A DNA stretch of 64,000 nucleotides from Oscillospiraceae bacterium. GTDB lineage: Bacteria > Bacillota > Clostridia > Oscillospirales > CAG-272. Positions 1 through 7,232 of this stretch are shown piece after piece. A program made the position numbers and the translations under genes. Under the pieces are notes generated by a model that saw only the letters and a list, made by a program, of their open reading frames with translations, ran no database searches and was not told the origin of the DNA. The stretch is taken from positions 82,591 to 146,590 of the forward strand of contig SVRP01000002.1 in assembly GCA_015064735.1 (NCBI GenBank), in the 5' to 3' direction. Positions within the stretch are counted from its first letter, which is position 1, and every line of letters starts with the position of its first letter.

Positions 1-451
1 GAAACAATCCTTTGAAGCCGTTTATAAAAAACCTTCTGTTTATCACCATTATAGAAGCAGAAAAAATCATTTGAATAATCCCTAATAAAAAGGGTTTATT
101 TGAAACAAACTGCGGTAACGGAGCATTCCACATACCGTGCCCCATAGATATATACATGAGAACAGCAAGAAGAATTAAAGAAATACAGAAGCTGATTCCC
201 AGTCCCTTACTTTTTAAAGTATTTAACTCCTTGCTTTTGGGGGATTTTTTCGCAAATGCTTCTTCGGCGCTGTATCCCGCTTTTTTCACTGCTTCTATTA
301 TAATATCTGACGGCACGTCTCCGTCAACGACCATAGAATTTGTTAAAAGGTTCACAGAACATGAAAGAACTCCGTCTATTTCCGCTACCGCTTTTTGAAC
401 GCGGGAGCTACATGCGGCACAGCTCATGCCTTTTATGTCGTATTTCTTCAC
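1..451 (-). CDS. Heavy-metal (copper-type) translocating P1B-type ATPase, N-terminal part. The CDS continues past the left window edge.
   Basis: Absent from the ORF track because it is open at the edge. Reverse-strand translation from GTG at 451 gives VKKYDIKGMSCAACSSRVQKAVAEIDGVLSCSVNLLTNSMVVDGD..., an HMA domain with a GMxCxxC motif. It is followed by hydrophobic segments (LILLAVLMYISMGH...INRRFFINGFKGLF) typical of CopA-like pumps. GGAG lies 8 nt upstream of the GTG. Confidence 0.8.
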   Translation of the reverse strand, partial: MKKYDIKGMSCAACSSRVQKAVAEIDGVLSCSVNLLTNSMVVDGDVPSDIIIEAVKKAGYSAEEAFAKKSPKSKELNTLKSKGLGISFCISLILLAVLMYISMGHGMWNAPLPQFVSNKPFLLGIIQMIFSASIMVINRRFFINGFKGLF

Positions 452-508
452 GTAAATTTCTCCTTTCTCAAGCAGAATAAGGGATGCCTTGTGCATCCCT
501 TATTAATT

Positions 509-691
509 TTATTGATCTTTTCGGGCATGGCAATTCATGGCACATGACCCACAAGAGCATCCGCAGGAGCTTCTTCCTTTTTTCTTTTGACGAATCATAT
601 ATACAATTATAAATGCGACGATAGAAACAAGTGCGGCACATATAATTATAGTCCAAATGTTAGCTCCTATCCATGTAAGTAAGGCTTTCAT
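509..691 (-). CDS. FeoB-associated Cys-rich small membrane protein
   Basis: 60 aa with one TM helix and then a CGCSCGSCAMNCH cysteine cluster. It starts 18 nt after the feoB stop with an AAGGAG RBS. Architecture and position match the small Cys-rich proteins found after feoB in Firmicutes. Confidence 0.8.
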   Translation of the reverse strand: MKALLTWIGANIWTIIICAALVSIVAFIIVYMIRQKKKGRSSCGCSCGSCAMNCHARKDQ

Positions 692-709
692 AAGAAACTC
701 CTTTCTATA

Positions 710-3190
710 TTAGTTTTGATTGAGTTTTTTACCCTTTTTTTGAGAATCTTTAAAGGGCTTAAATATCATGAATAGCATAAATCCAAGCAATAGGAAAGAA
801 ATACACAGCCACAAAATATTTATGCCGCCCATAGCACCTGTAAAGAGTAAACCAAATTGATGAATAATTAAACAAACGGCATAGGCGAAGATGCATTGAT
901 AAGAAATTGCAAACGCCGTCCATTTCCAACTGTTCATTTCTCGGCGTATGGCTCCCATCGCCGCAAAACAAGGCGCGCAAAGAAGATTAAACATAAGAAA
1001 TGAAAATCCAACCAGACGTCCAAGTCCTGCAAAATCGGTTACTCCAAATACCGCTACGACCTCCTCTTTTGCGATAAGTCCCATAAAGGTAGCAACTGCT
1101 GCCGTGGGGTCTCCAAAGCCTAAGGGAGCGAATATCCAGCATATTGCCGAACCTATATAATCTATCACACTCTTACCGTGCTCAGGCATTTCAAGATAAA
1201 ATCCGAATCTACCGTCTACGACACCAAGCGTATTTCCAAGCCACAGTATAATCGTGGAAAGAAGTATAATCGTTCCTGCTTTTTTGATAAACGACCAGCC
1301 ACGCTCCCACATTGAGCGGAAAATGCTTCCGACAGTAGGAAGATGGTACATGGGAAGCTCCATGACGAAAGGTGAAGGATCTCCCGAAAACAACTTTGTC
1401 TTCTTGAGCATAAGTCCTGATAAGACGACCGCCAATATACCTGCAAAATAGCATACAGGTGCAAGCCACCAGCCGGATCCGGGTCCGCCAAATAAAGCAG
1501 CTGTGATCATTGCAATCATGGGAAGCTTGGCTCCGCAAGGAATAAAGCTGGTAGTTATAACCGTAATACGTCGGTCTCTCTCGTTTTCAATAGTTCTGCT
1601 TGCCATTATTCCGGGGACACTGCATCCGCTTCCTATAAGCATCGGTATAAAGGATTTACCCGAAAGACCGAACTTACGGAAAATACGGTCGAGAACAAAT
1701 GCAACGCGGGACATATATCCACATCCCTCAAGAAATGCTAAAAATAAAAACAGAACGAATAGCTGAGGTACAAAGCTTAAAACAGAACCAACACCGCCGA
1801 TAATTCCGTCAACTATCAGGCTATTTAACCACACCGGCGCGTTTGCTTTATTCAATCCCGTTGTCGCAAGAGCGGAGAATCCGGGGATCCAAGGACCGTA
1901 ATCTGACGGATACGGTTCTTCATAATTCACAGAATGAGCAATGTCAATGGCGGCATAAACCTCATCAGATGTAACGTAATACGTTTCATACGTTTCTTCA
2001 TCTTCGTAAGTCCATAGCTGTTGATCGGGAAGGTTATCATTATCAATATCAGCAAGCTGAATTTCAAGCAATATGGCTTTAGCGGCATCCCTTTTTGAGT
2101 CTGCATCCTGCGCATCGGTATAAATACTTACATCAATATCCCGTTGTTCCTCAGCGAATAGTATCATGCTGTCAACCAGCTCAACAGAGTTGGATTTTTC
2201 TTCATATTCCTCGGTTCCTATTCCAAGAAAATACCATCCGTCTCCAAACACACCGTCTCCTACCCAGTCGGTTGCAACGGTTCCTACAGTAGAAATTGAT
2301 ATGTAATAAACGAGGAACATTATTGCCATAAAAATAGGCAACGCTAACCATCTGTTGGTTACTACTCTGTCGATTTTTTCGGTAGATGTTATCTTGCCTG
2401 TGCTTCTCTTTTTATAACAGGTCTTGAGAACGTCGCTGACATAATTATATCTTTCATTTATAATGATGCTTTCCGCGTCGTCATCCATTTTCGATTCAAC
2501 AGCAACTATGTCCTTTTCAATATGCGCGAGTGTCTCGTCTGAAAGGTCCATTTGTTCAAGCACCTTGGGATCGCGCTCAAATATTTTGATTGCGTACCAT
2601 CTTTGTCTATCCTCGGGAAGATCGTGCACAGTTGCTTCCTCAATATGAGCTATTGCATGCTCTATATTGCCCGGAAAGAAATGAACAGGAGAAAGCTTCT
2701 TATTGGTTGCGGCATCAATAGCCGCTTTTACCGCTTCTTCAATCCCAAGTCCTTTTAAAGCGGAAATCTCGACAACATTACATTTAAGAGAATCGGATAA
2801 TTTCTCTGTATCTATCTTATCCCCATTTTTTCTGACAGCGTCCATCATATTTATTGCTATCACCACGGGAATTCCTAACTCCATCAGTTGTGTGGTGAGA
2901 TAGAGATTTCTTTCAATATTCGTTCCGTCAACAATGTTGAGTATTGCATCGGGACGTTCATTTATAAGATAATCTCTCGCCACAATTTCTTCCGGAGTAT
3001 ACGGTGAAAGCGAATAAATACCGGGAAGGTCTGTTATAATAACGTCCTCTTGCTTTTTCAGATTGCCCTCTTTTTTCTCAACAGTAACACCGGGCCAGTT
3101 TCCAACGTATTGATTAGAACCTGTCAGCGCGTTAAACAAGGTGGTCTTTCCACTGTTAGGATTGCCTGCAAGAGCAATTTTGATCCTCAT
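710..3190 (-). CDS. feoB: Ferrous iron transporter FeoB (826 aa)
   Basis: N-terminal G domain (GNPNSGKTTLFN, DLPG, NMMD), then a polytopic permease with the gate motif CGYMSRVAFVLDRIFRKFGLSGKSFIPMLIGSGCSVPG. AAGGAGAG RBS upstream. Confidence 0.95.
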   Translation of the reverse strand: MRIKIALAGNPNSGKTTLFNALTGSNQYVGNWPGVTVEKKEGNLKKQEDVIITDLPGIYSLSPYTPEEIVARDYLINERPDAILNIVDGTNIERNLYLTTQLMELGIPVVIAINMMDAVRKNGDKIDTEKLSDSLKCNVVEISALKGLGIEEAVKAAIDAATNKKLSPVHFFPGNIEHAIAHIEEATVHDLPEDRQRWYAIKIFERDPKVLEQMDLSDETLAHIEKDIVAVESKMDDDAESIIINERYNYVSDVLKTCYKKRSTGKITSTEKIDRVVTNRWLALPIFMAIMFLVYYISISTVGTVATDWVGDGVFGDGWYFLGIGTEEYEEKSNSVELVDSMILFAEEQRDIDVSIYTDAQDADSKRDAAKAILLEIQLADIDNDNLPDQQLWTYEDEETYETYYVTSDEVYAAIDIAHSVNYEEPYPSDYGPWIPGFSALATTGLNKANAPVWLNSLIVDGIIGGVGSVLSFVPQLFVLFLFLAFLEGCGYMSRVAFVLDRIFRKFGLSGKSFIPMLIGSGCSVPGIMASRTIENERDRRITVITTSFIPCGAKLPMIAMITAALFGGPGSGWWLAPVCYFAGILAVVLSGLMLKKTKLFSGDPSPFVMELPMYHLPTVGSIFRSMWERGWSFIKKAGTIILLSTIILWLGNTLGVVDGRFGFYLEMPEHGKSVIDYIGSAICWIFAPLGFGDPTAAVATFMGLIAKEEVVAVFGVTDFAGLGRLVGFSFLMFNLLCAPCFAAMGAIRREMNSWKWTAFAISYQCIFAYAVCLIIHQFGLLFTGAMGGINILWLCISFLLLGFMLFMIFKPFKDSQKKGKKLNQN

Positions 3191-3209
3191 AAAATCTCTC
3201 TCCTTCTTG

Positions 3210-3225
3210 GTTAGCCTATGCTAAC
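3210..3225. promoter_or_regulatory. Perfect inverted repeat GTTAGC-CTAT-GCTAAC between feoA and feoB; candidate metalloregulator operator
   Basis: Read directly from the sequence. It shares the GTTAGC/GCTAAC arms with the palindrome at 3521-3538 and lies about 6 nt upstream of the feoB RBS. Confidence 0.45.
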
Positions 3226-3272
3226 TCCATGTCAAAAATTATCCGGGTACAATAATGCCCCTTTAGAAAAAA

Positions 3273-3494
3273 TTACTCTACTTCAACCATTTGAGCGTCA
3301 TCTTTACGAAGGCTAAGCTCGTAACCTCTTACAGTAATTTCAATTGGGTCTCCAAGAGGCGCAACTCTTTTAACACGAACGATAACACCCTTGGTGATTC
3401 CCATATCCATAATTCGACGCTTTATTGCACCTTCTCCGTGAAGCTTAACAACCTTTGCTGCAGCTCCGATTTTTACCTCTCTAAGAGTTTTCAC
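3273..3494 (-). CDS. feoA: FeoA family iron transport protein (GTG start)
   Basis: 73 aa with an SH3-like FeoA signature (LREVKIG...VVKLHGEG...RRIMDMGITKG...V...APLGDPIEI..RGYELSLRK). Sits directly upstream of feoB. AAGGAGA RBS. Confidence 0.85.
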   Translation of the reverse strand: MKTLREVKIGAAAKVVKLHGEGAIKRRIMDMGITKGVIVRVKRVAPLGDPIEITVRGYELSLRKDDAQMVEVE

Positions 3495-3520
3495 GGTTAT
3501 TCTCCTTTATGTATTTCGCA

Positions 3521-3538
3521 AGTTAGCATATGCTAACT
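3521..3538. promoter_or_regulatory. 18-bp perfect palindrome AGTTAGCAT|ATGCTAACT at the predicted feoA transcription start; candidate DtxR/MntR-family operator
   Basis: Perfect dyad read from the sequence. It starts 6-7 nt downstream of the predicted -10 box (3545-3550, minus strand). The half-site GTTAGC resembles the DtxR/IdeR half-site (T)TAGGTTAGC. Confidence 0.55.
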
Positions 3539-3544
3539 GACATA

Positions 3545-3573
3545 ATTATATATTATTTTTAACGATTAGTCAA
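3545..3573 (-). promoter_or_regulatory. Sigma-A type promoter for feoA-feoB
   Basis: On the minus strand: TTGACT (3573-3568), 17-nt spacer, TATAAT (3550-3545). Confidence 0.55.
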
Positions 3574-3674
3574 CACTTTTTTATAATATTTTTCATTTTT
3601 GTTAAATTTTATATACAAGAAATATTTTGTAAAATTTCTTTTTGTTTATTTTGTCAATATCATATTTCATATTG

Positions 3675-3703
3675 TTGACAAAAAGTATTTTATATGATAT
3701 AAT
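3675..3703 (+). promoter_or_regulatory. Sigma-A type promoter for the DtxR-family regulator gene
   Basis: TTGACA (3675-3680), 17-nt spacer, TATAAT (3698-3703), preceded by TGA (extended -10). Confidence 0.55.
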
Positions 3704-3738
3704 TATCGAAACTCAGAGACTGTTAAGGAGGTGTTTTT

Positions 3739-4104
3739 ATGGCATTACAGGAATCCGGTGAAATGTACATTGAATCTATATATATACTGTCTCAGAAAAA
3801 AGAATGCGTACGTGCTATAGACGTCAGTGAGCACCTTGGATATTCAAAGCCTTCTGTCAGCCGTGCTATGGGTATATTGAAAAACGGCGGTTATATCGTC
3901 GTAGATAAGGATGGAAGTATTCATCTTACGGATGAAGGAAAAAACGTTGCCGTGGCAATGTACGAAAGACACATTTTACTTACGAAGTTTTTGAAAAGCC
4001 TTGGTGTTGATGAACAGACCGCATCTGATGATGCTTGTAAGATAGAACACGTTATAAGCAACGAATCCTTTGAGGCAATGAAAAGATTTATAAACAGTAA
4101 ATAG
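3739..4104 (+). CDS. DtxR/MntR-family metal-dependent transcriptional repressor (short form, no SH3 domain)
   Basis: 121 aa. N-terminal wHTH (MYIESIYIL...VRAIDVSEHLGYSKPSVSRAMGILKNGGYI) and a dimerisation/metal region (ERHILLTKFL..LGVD...A..DACKIEHVIS). AAGGAGG RBS. Divergent from feoAB. Confidence 0.85.
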   Translation: MALQESGEMYIESIYILSQKKECVRAIDVSEHLGYSKPSVSRAMGILKNGGYIVVDKDGSIHLTDEGKNVAVAMYERHILLTKFLKSLGVDEQTASDDACKIEHVISNESFEAMKRFINSK

Positions 4105-4110
4105 AATTTC

Positions 4111-4152
4111 AAGGGTACACCTATCTGCTTTGCGGCATGTGTACCCTTTTTT
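4111..4152 (+). terminator. Rho-independent terminator after the DtxR-family gene
   Basis: Stem AAGGGTACAC (4111-4120) pairs with GTGTACCCTT (4139-4148), followed by a T-run. Confidence 0.7.
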
Positions 4153-4177
4153 GATCGTTATTTGATAACAAATCTAA

Positions 4178-4207
4178 AAGCCTTCGCTCATTTAAGAACG
4201 AAGGCTT
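4178..4207 (-). terminator. Hairpin terminator after the anti-sigma-like gene
   Basis: AAGCCTTCG (4178-4186) pairs with CGAAGGCTT (4199-4207). A U-rich tract follows on the minus strand. Confidence 0.5.
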
Positions 4208-4214
4208 CAAATAT

Positions 4215-4799
4215 TTATTCGTTTATTATTCCATCACTTGGAGTATTATTTGTAGGTGTTATTACATAATCCTTAACTTCACTTAGATCTGCGGCGGGAT
4301 TCATGATTACATAGTAATGAGTTGTAGTCACCGCTTCTCCTTGATCTATGAACTTCAAGCCAACGGCAACATCGTCCGCTATTCCTTTAATAACATACAC
4401 CTCTCCGCGAAGCGCTTCGGGTTCGGATTTCCATTCGCCTTTACCATCCTTCCAACCTGCCGTCAAGTTTACCTCAGCGATCTTATTTCCAATCTTGTCC
4501 TCTGTAATAACCTTACCGCCAATATAGTTAGAATATGCGCCTTCGTTTATCTGATAGAAGTATCTGCTTTCGTATTGATACTCATCGCTCGGTATTTCTT
4601 CGGTAGGAACACTGGGGCTAGCATTCTTAAACAGCATGGGCGTAACGGTAAGAAACGTAGCAAGCATTACCGCAAAGCAAGCTACAATGGCCCCCCACTT
4701 GATCCAATTGTTTTTTTTGACCTTTTTTGCACGTGCTGCGCTTATAACGATATCATCATCCACTTGGTTCAAAGCATTTGCGATTCTCGGCTTTTTCAT
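4215..4799 (-). CDS. Putative anti-sigma factor / single-pass membrane protein coupled to the upstream sigma factor
   Basis: 194 aa: short cytoplasmic N-terminus, one TM (WGAIVACFAVMLATFLTV), then an extracytoplasmic domain. The start overlaps the sigma gene stop (ATGA at 4796-4799). No named family recognised, so the role is inferred from architecture and coupling. Confidence 0.5.
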   Translation of the reverse strand: MKKPRIANALNQVDDDIVISAARAKKVKKNNWIKWGAIVACFAVMLATFLTVTPMLFKNASPSVPTEEIPSDEYQYESRYFYQINEGAYSNYIGGKVITEDKIGNKIAEVNLTAGWKDGKGEWKSEPEALRGEVYVIKGIADDVAVGLKFIDQGEAVTTTHYYVIMNPAADLSEVKDYVITPTNNTPSDGIINE

Positions 4800-5350
4800 A
4801 TTTCAATGCCCTCCTTAATTAAATATTCTTTTAGTTTTTTTCTGGTGTGGAACAACATACTCTTGACCTTGCTTTCAGTGAATCCAAAACGCTCTGCTAT
4901 ATCAACGACAGAATCAAAGAAGTAGTATTTACGCATAAACACGTTCCGAACGTCCACGTTTTCATTTCGAAGAAAATCACTGATTGCTTTTGCTATATCT
5001 CCGTCACTCACATCGCTTGAAATATTTTCATCGGGCAAAATCTCTGCAAGCTCGTCAAGAGAAATAACCATTGTTGCAGAACGTTTTTGCCGTGTCATTG
5101 TCTCGATGCGTTTTAATGACAGATTGCGGGTAATTTTACAAACAAATGACATAAAGTTATTAGGTCTTGCAGGAGGAATGGCATTCCATACACCGATGTA
5201 GGTATCGTTTACGCACTCCTCGGCGTCTTGTTCGTTATTTAAGATATTATTTGCAATACTATGGCAGAGCCTGCCGTATTTTACATCGGTCTCCTTGATT
5301 GCTTTTTCATCTCTTTCAAAATACAGTTCGATGATTTCAAGATCATTCAA
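4796..5350 (-). CDS. RNA polymerase sigma-70 family (ECF-like) sigma factor
   Basis: 184 aa. Region 2 (RLCHSIANNILNNEQDAEECVNDTYIGVWNAIPP) and region 4 HTH (VVDIAERFGFTESKVKSMLFHTRKKLKEYL). AAGGAGG RBS. Confidence 0.85.
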   Translation of the reverse strand: MNDLEIIELYFERDEKAIKETDVKYGRLCHSIANNILNNEQDAEECVNDTYIGVWNAIPPARPNNFMSFVCKITRNLSLKRIETMTRQKRSATMVISLDELAEILPDENISSDVSDGDIAKAISDFLRNENVDVRNVFMRKYYFFDSVVDIAERFGFTESKVKSMLFHTRKKLKEYLIKEGIEI

Positions 5351-5398
5351 TGTTGTGCACCTCCTTTGTTTGAGTTAAAAGCGCTTTCACACTATAAG

Positions 5399-5423
5399 TA
5401 CGTTTTTTTATTCATTGGTTGCA
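5399..5423 (-). promoter_or_regulatory. Candidate ECF-type promoter upstream of the sigma gene
   Basis: Minus strand reads TGCAAC (5423-5418), 15 nt, CGTA (5402-5399). This resembles ECF promoters of the xGxAAC-N16/17-CGTx type, but the spacer is 1-2 nt short. Confidence 0.3.
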
Positions 5424-5581
5424 AGAATTTAAAAAAATCCTTATTCTTTTGAATGAGGACGCATATTCAATAATAATTTAAACAAAATTGATTTTTAGAC
5501 TTTTTGTTTACAAATTTTTAAGGGCTGACAGATCGTTTCTGCCAGCCCTAGTTCCATGGTCGTTCAAATAAATATTTGATG

Positions 5582-5911
5582 TTAAAAAATGCTGCCATTA
5601 TATTTTTTTATCACATAGAAGCTGATGACTATTCCCACAAGAATGCTTGTAATTAATTCTACTACACCGATGATTAGAAGAATTTTGAGTTGTGTTTGCT
5701 CAAAAAGTAAGAATAGAACGCCAAACACTATCATTGCAAGACCGATAATCAACGTTCCGAATCCGACGAGCTTTCCGAATGCTTTTCTGTTTCCTTCTGT
5801 CACCCGTTGCCTATGATACCAATGGAGAGAGGATATGTTACCTGTCATATTGATTACACCGAGAACTGAAATCAGTACGCCTAACCCAAATACAATTATA
5901 AATGTTGCCAT
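5582..5911 (-). CDS. Small membrane protein (DUF3784-like, 4 TM)
   Basis: 109 aa, with two TM pairs flanking a basic loop (SLHWYHRQRVTEGNRKAFGK). The family assignment is from memory of similar proteins. Confidence 0.55.
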   Translation of the reverse strand: MATFIIVFGLGVLISVLGVINMTGNISSLHWYHRQRVTEGNRKAFGKLVGFGTLIIGLAMIVFGVLFLLFEQTQLKILLIIGVVELITSILVGIVISFYVIKKYNGSIF

Positions 5912-5958
5912 TTCATATTTCTCACTCTACTTAAAGTTTATAGATAAAACGATTGGTG

Positions 5959-7119
5959 TCAGATTATATACGGCTTCTTTTTTAGATATGATTCTGCGTT
6001 TGCGCCATTATGTGACAGCGAAAAGACAGCGTTTATTCTATCGGAAAGTATGTTTTGTCTCAATGAAAAATCGAGATCGGCAGGCTTTGTTACGATTCTG
6101 AAGCCGTTATTCTTTCTGTTTTCGCACAGTAAAGCTCTTCCCTTTTCGTTGGCGGCAAGCAGCAAAGCCTCTTTGGGGAGCATACGAAGATCGTCATCCA
6201 TAACTCCCGCAAGGCAATATAGCATTACTCTGCGTAAATGCCCATCGATATATCTCTTTGTTTTTACCGATTCAAGAAGCTCGGAATAGGTGTTTGACGT
6301 TCTTGCCATAGAGCATATTCTGTTTGCGATGCCGCCGTCGGCGCCTGTTATTCCTTCAAAGAAGCTACCGTTATGCAATCTGAAAAATGAGATCCAAACA
6401 GGATCAAGTCTGCTGTAATCGGTCAGTTCCCCGTTGCAATATGCTTTTTTATATATTCCAAAGGCTTCACTCGGAATAAACGATGCAGAAGCCTCAAATT
6501 CACCGTTATCCCAAAGCTTACGAATTGCTTTAGCTGACGGGAAAATATCCTCTGTTACATTGTCGGCATTATATGCGGCACCCTGTCTTGCAATCGTTTT
6601 GAATTCAATATCTGCGTCTACGGACTGTGCTGCTCTTATATATTCAACACCGAGCAAATCGTTTGAGAACAATTCCACTTCGCATTTTTCTTTTATCATT
6701 TCATGATACAGCTGTGCGGCTTGAATGCCTTCTGTTAATCTTTCCCTAAACTCTTTTCTGAATAATTCAGTATTAGAAACGGTTGCGGCTTTTTTCAGTA
6801 CCTCAATATTACCACATTCTGAGCCGAAAAGTAATATTTCGCAGAAATTTTTAGCAATTTCAATTCCACCGTTCGCAAAATATTCCGCGCTTCCGCTACA
6901 CCATGGGAACGGCAATTCGACAACAAGATCAGCACCGCATTTGAGAAGCGCTTCTGCCCTTAAATATTTATCAGCAACGGCAAATTCGCCACGCTGTACG
7001 GTGTTTCCACTCATAATGCAGACAACTCGGTTTGCCCCTATTGATTTTGCGTGGTCGATAATATATTTATGTCCGTTATGAATTGGATTCATTTCACAGA
7101 TAATTCCTATATCCGGCAT
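5959..7119 (-). CDS. tmcAL: tRNA(Met) cytidine acetate ligase TmcAL (YlbM/UPF0348 family nucleotidyltransferase)
   Basis: 386 aa. The N-terminus GIICEMNPIHNGHKYII (HxGH nucleotidyltransferase motif) and overall length match the YlbM/TmcAL family. Confidence 0.8.
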   Translation of the reverse strand: MPDIGIICEMNPIHNGHKYIIDHAKSIGANRVVCIMSGNTVQRGEFAVADKYLRAEALLKCGADLVVELPFPWCSGSAEYFANGGIEIAKNFCEILLFGSECGNIEVLKKAATVSNTELFRKEFRERLTEGIQAAQLYHEMIKEKCEVELFSNDLLGVEYIRAAQSVDADIEFKTIARQGAAYNADNVTEDIFPSAKAIRKLWDNGEFEASASFIPSEAFGIYKKAYCNGELTDYSRLDPVWISFFRLHNGSFFEGITGADGGIANRICSMARTSNTYSELLESVKTKRYIDGHLRRVMLYCLAGVMDDDLRMLPKEALLLAANEKGRALLCENRKNNGFRIVTKPADLDFSLRQNILSDRINAVFSLSHNGANAESYLKKKPYII

Positions 7120-7168
7120 GCTTTTCTCACTTCCTTAAGATTTTTAGAAAAATTATGGTAAATAACTA

Positions 7169-7197
7169 TTGAAAAAAGATAAATAATGTTGTATAAT
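7169..7197 (+). promoter_or_regulatory. Consensus sigma-A promoter for ackA
   Basis: TTGAAA (7169-7174), 17-nt spacer, TATAAT (7192-7197). Confidence 0.6.
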
Positions 7198-7232
7198 ACT
7201 ACTTGGAAATTTATTTTACGGAGGTAGTTCAA

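Noticed and set aside
468-656. A 62-aa ORF overlapping the Feo-associated peptide gene in another frame
   Set aside because: It has no RBS and no motif. The alternative frame (509..691) has an AAGGAG RBS, a TM helix and the characteristic Cys cluster.
3649-3681. An imperfect dyad TTTGTCAATAT...ATATTGTTGACAA overlapping the -35 box of the DtxR-family gene promoter, considered as a possible autoregulatory operator
   Set aside because: The arms do not align without a 2-nt indel and are unrelated to the GTTAGC/GCTAAC palindromes. In this very AT-rich spacer such partial symmetry is expected by chance.
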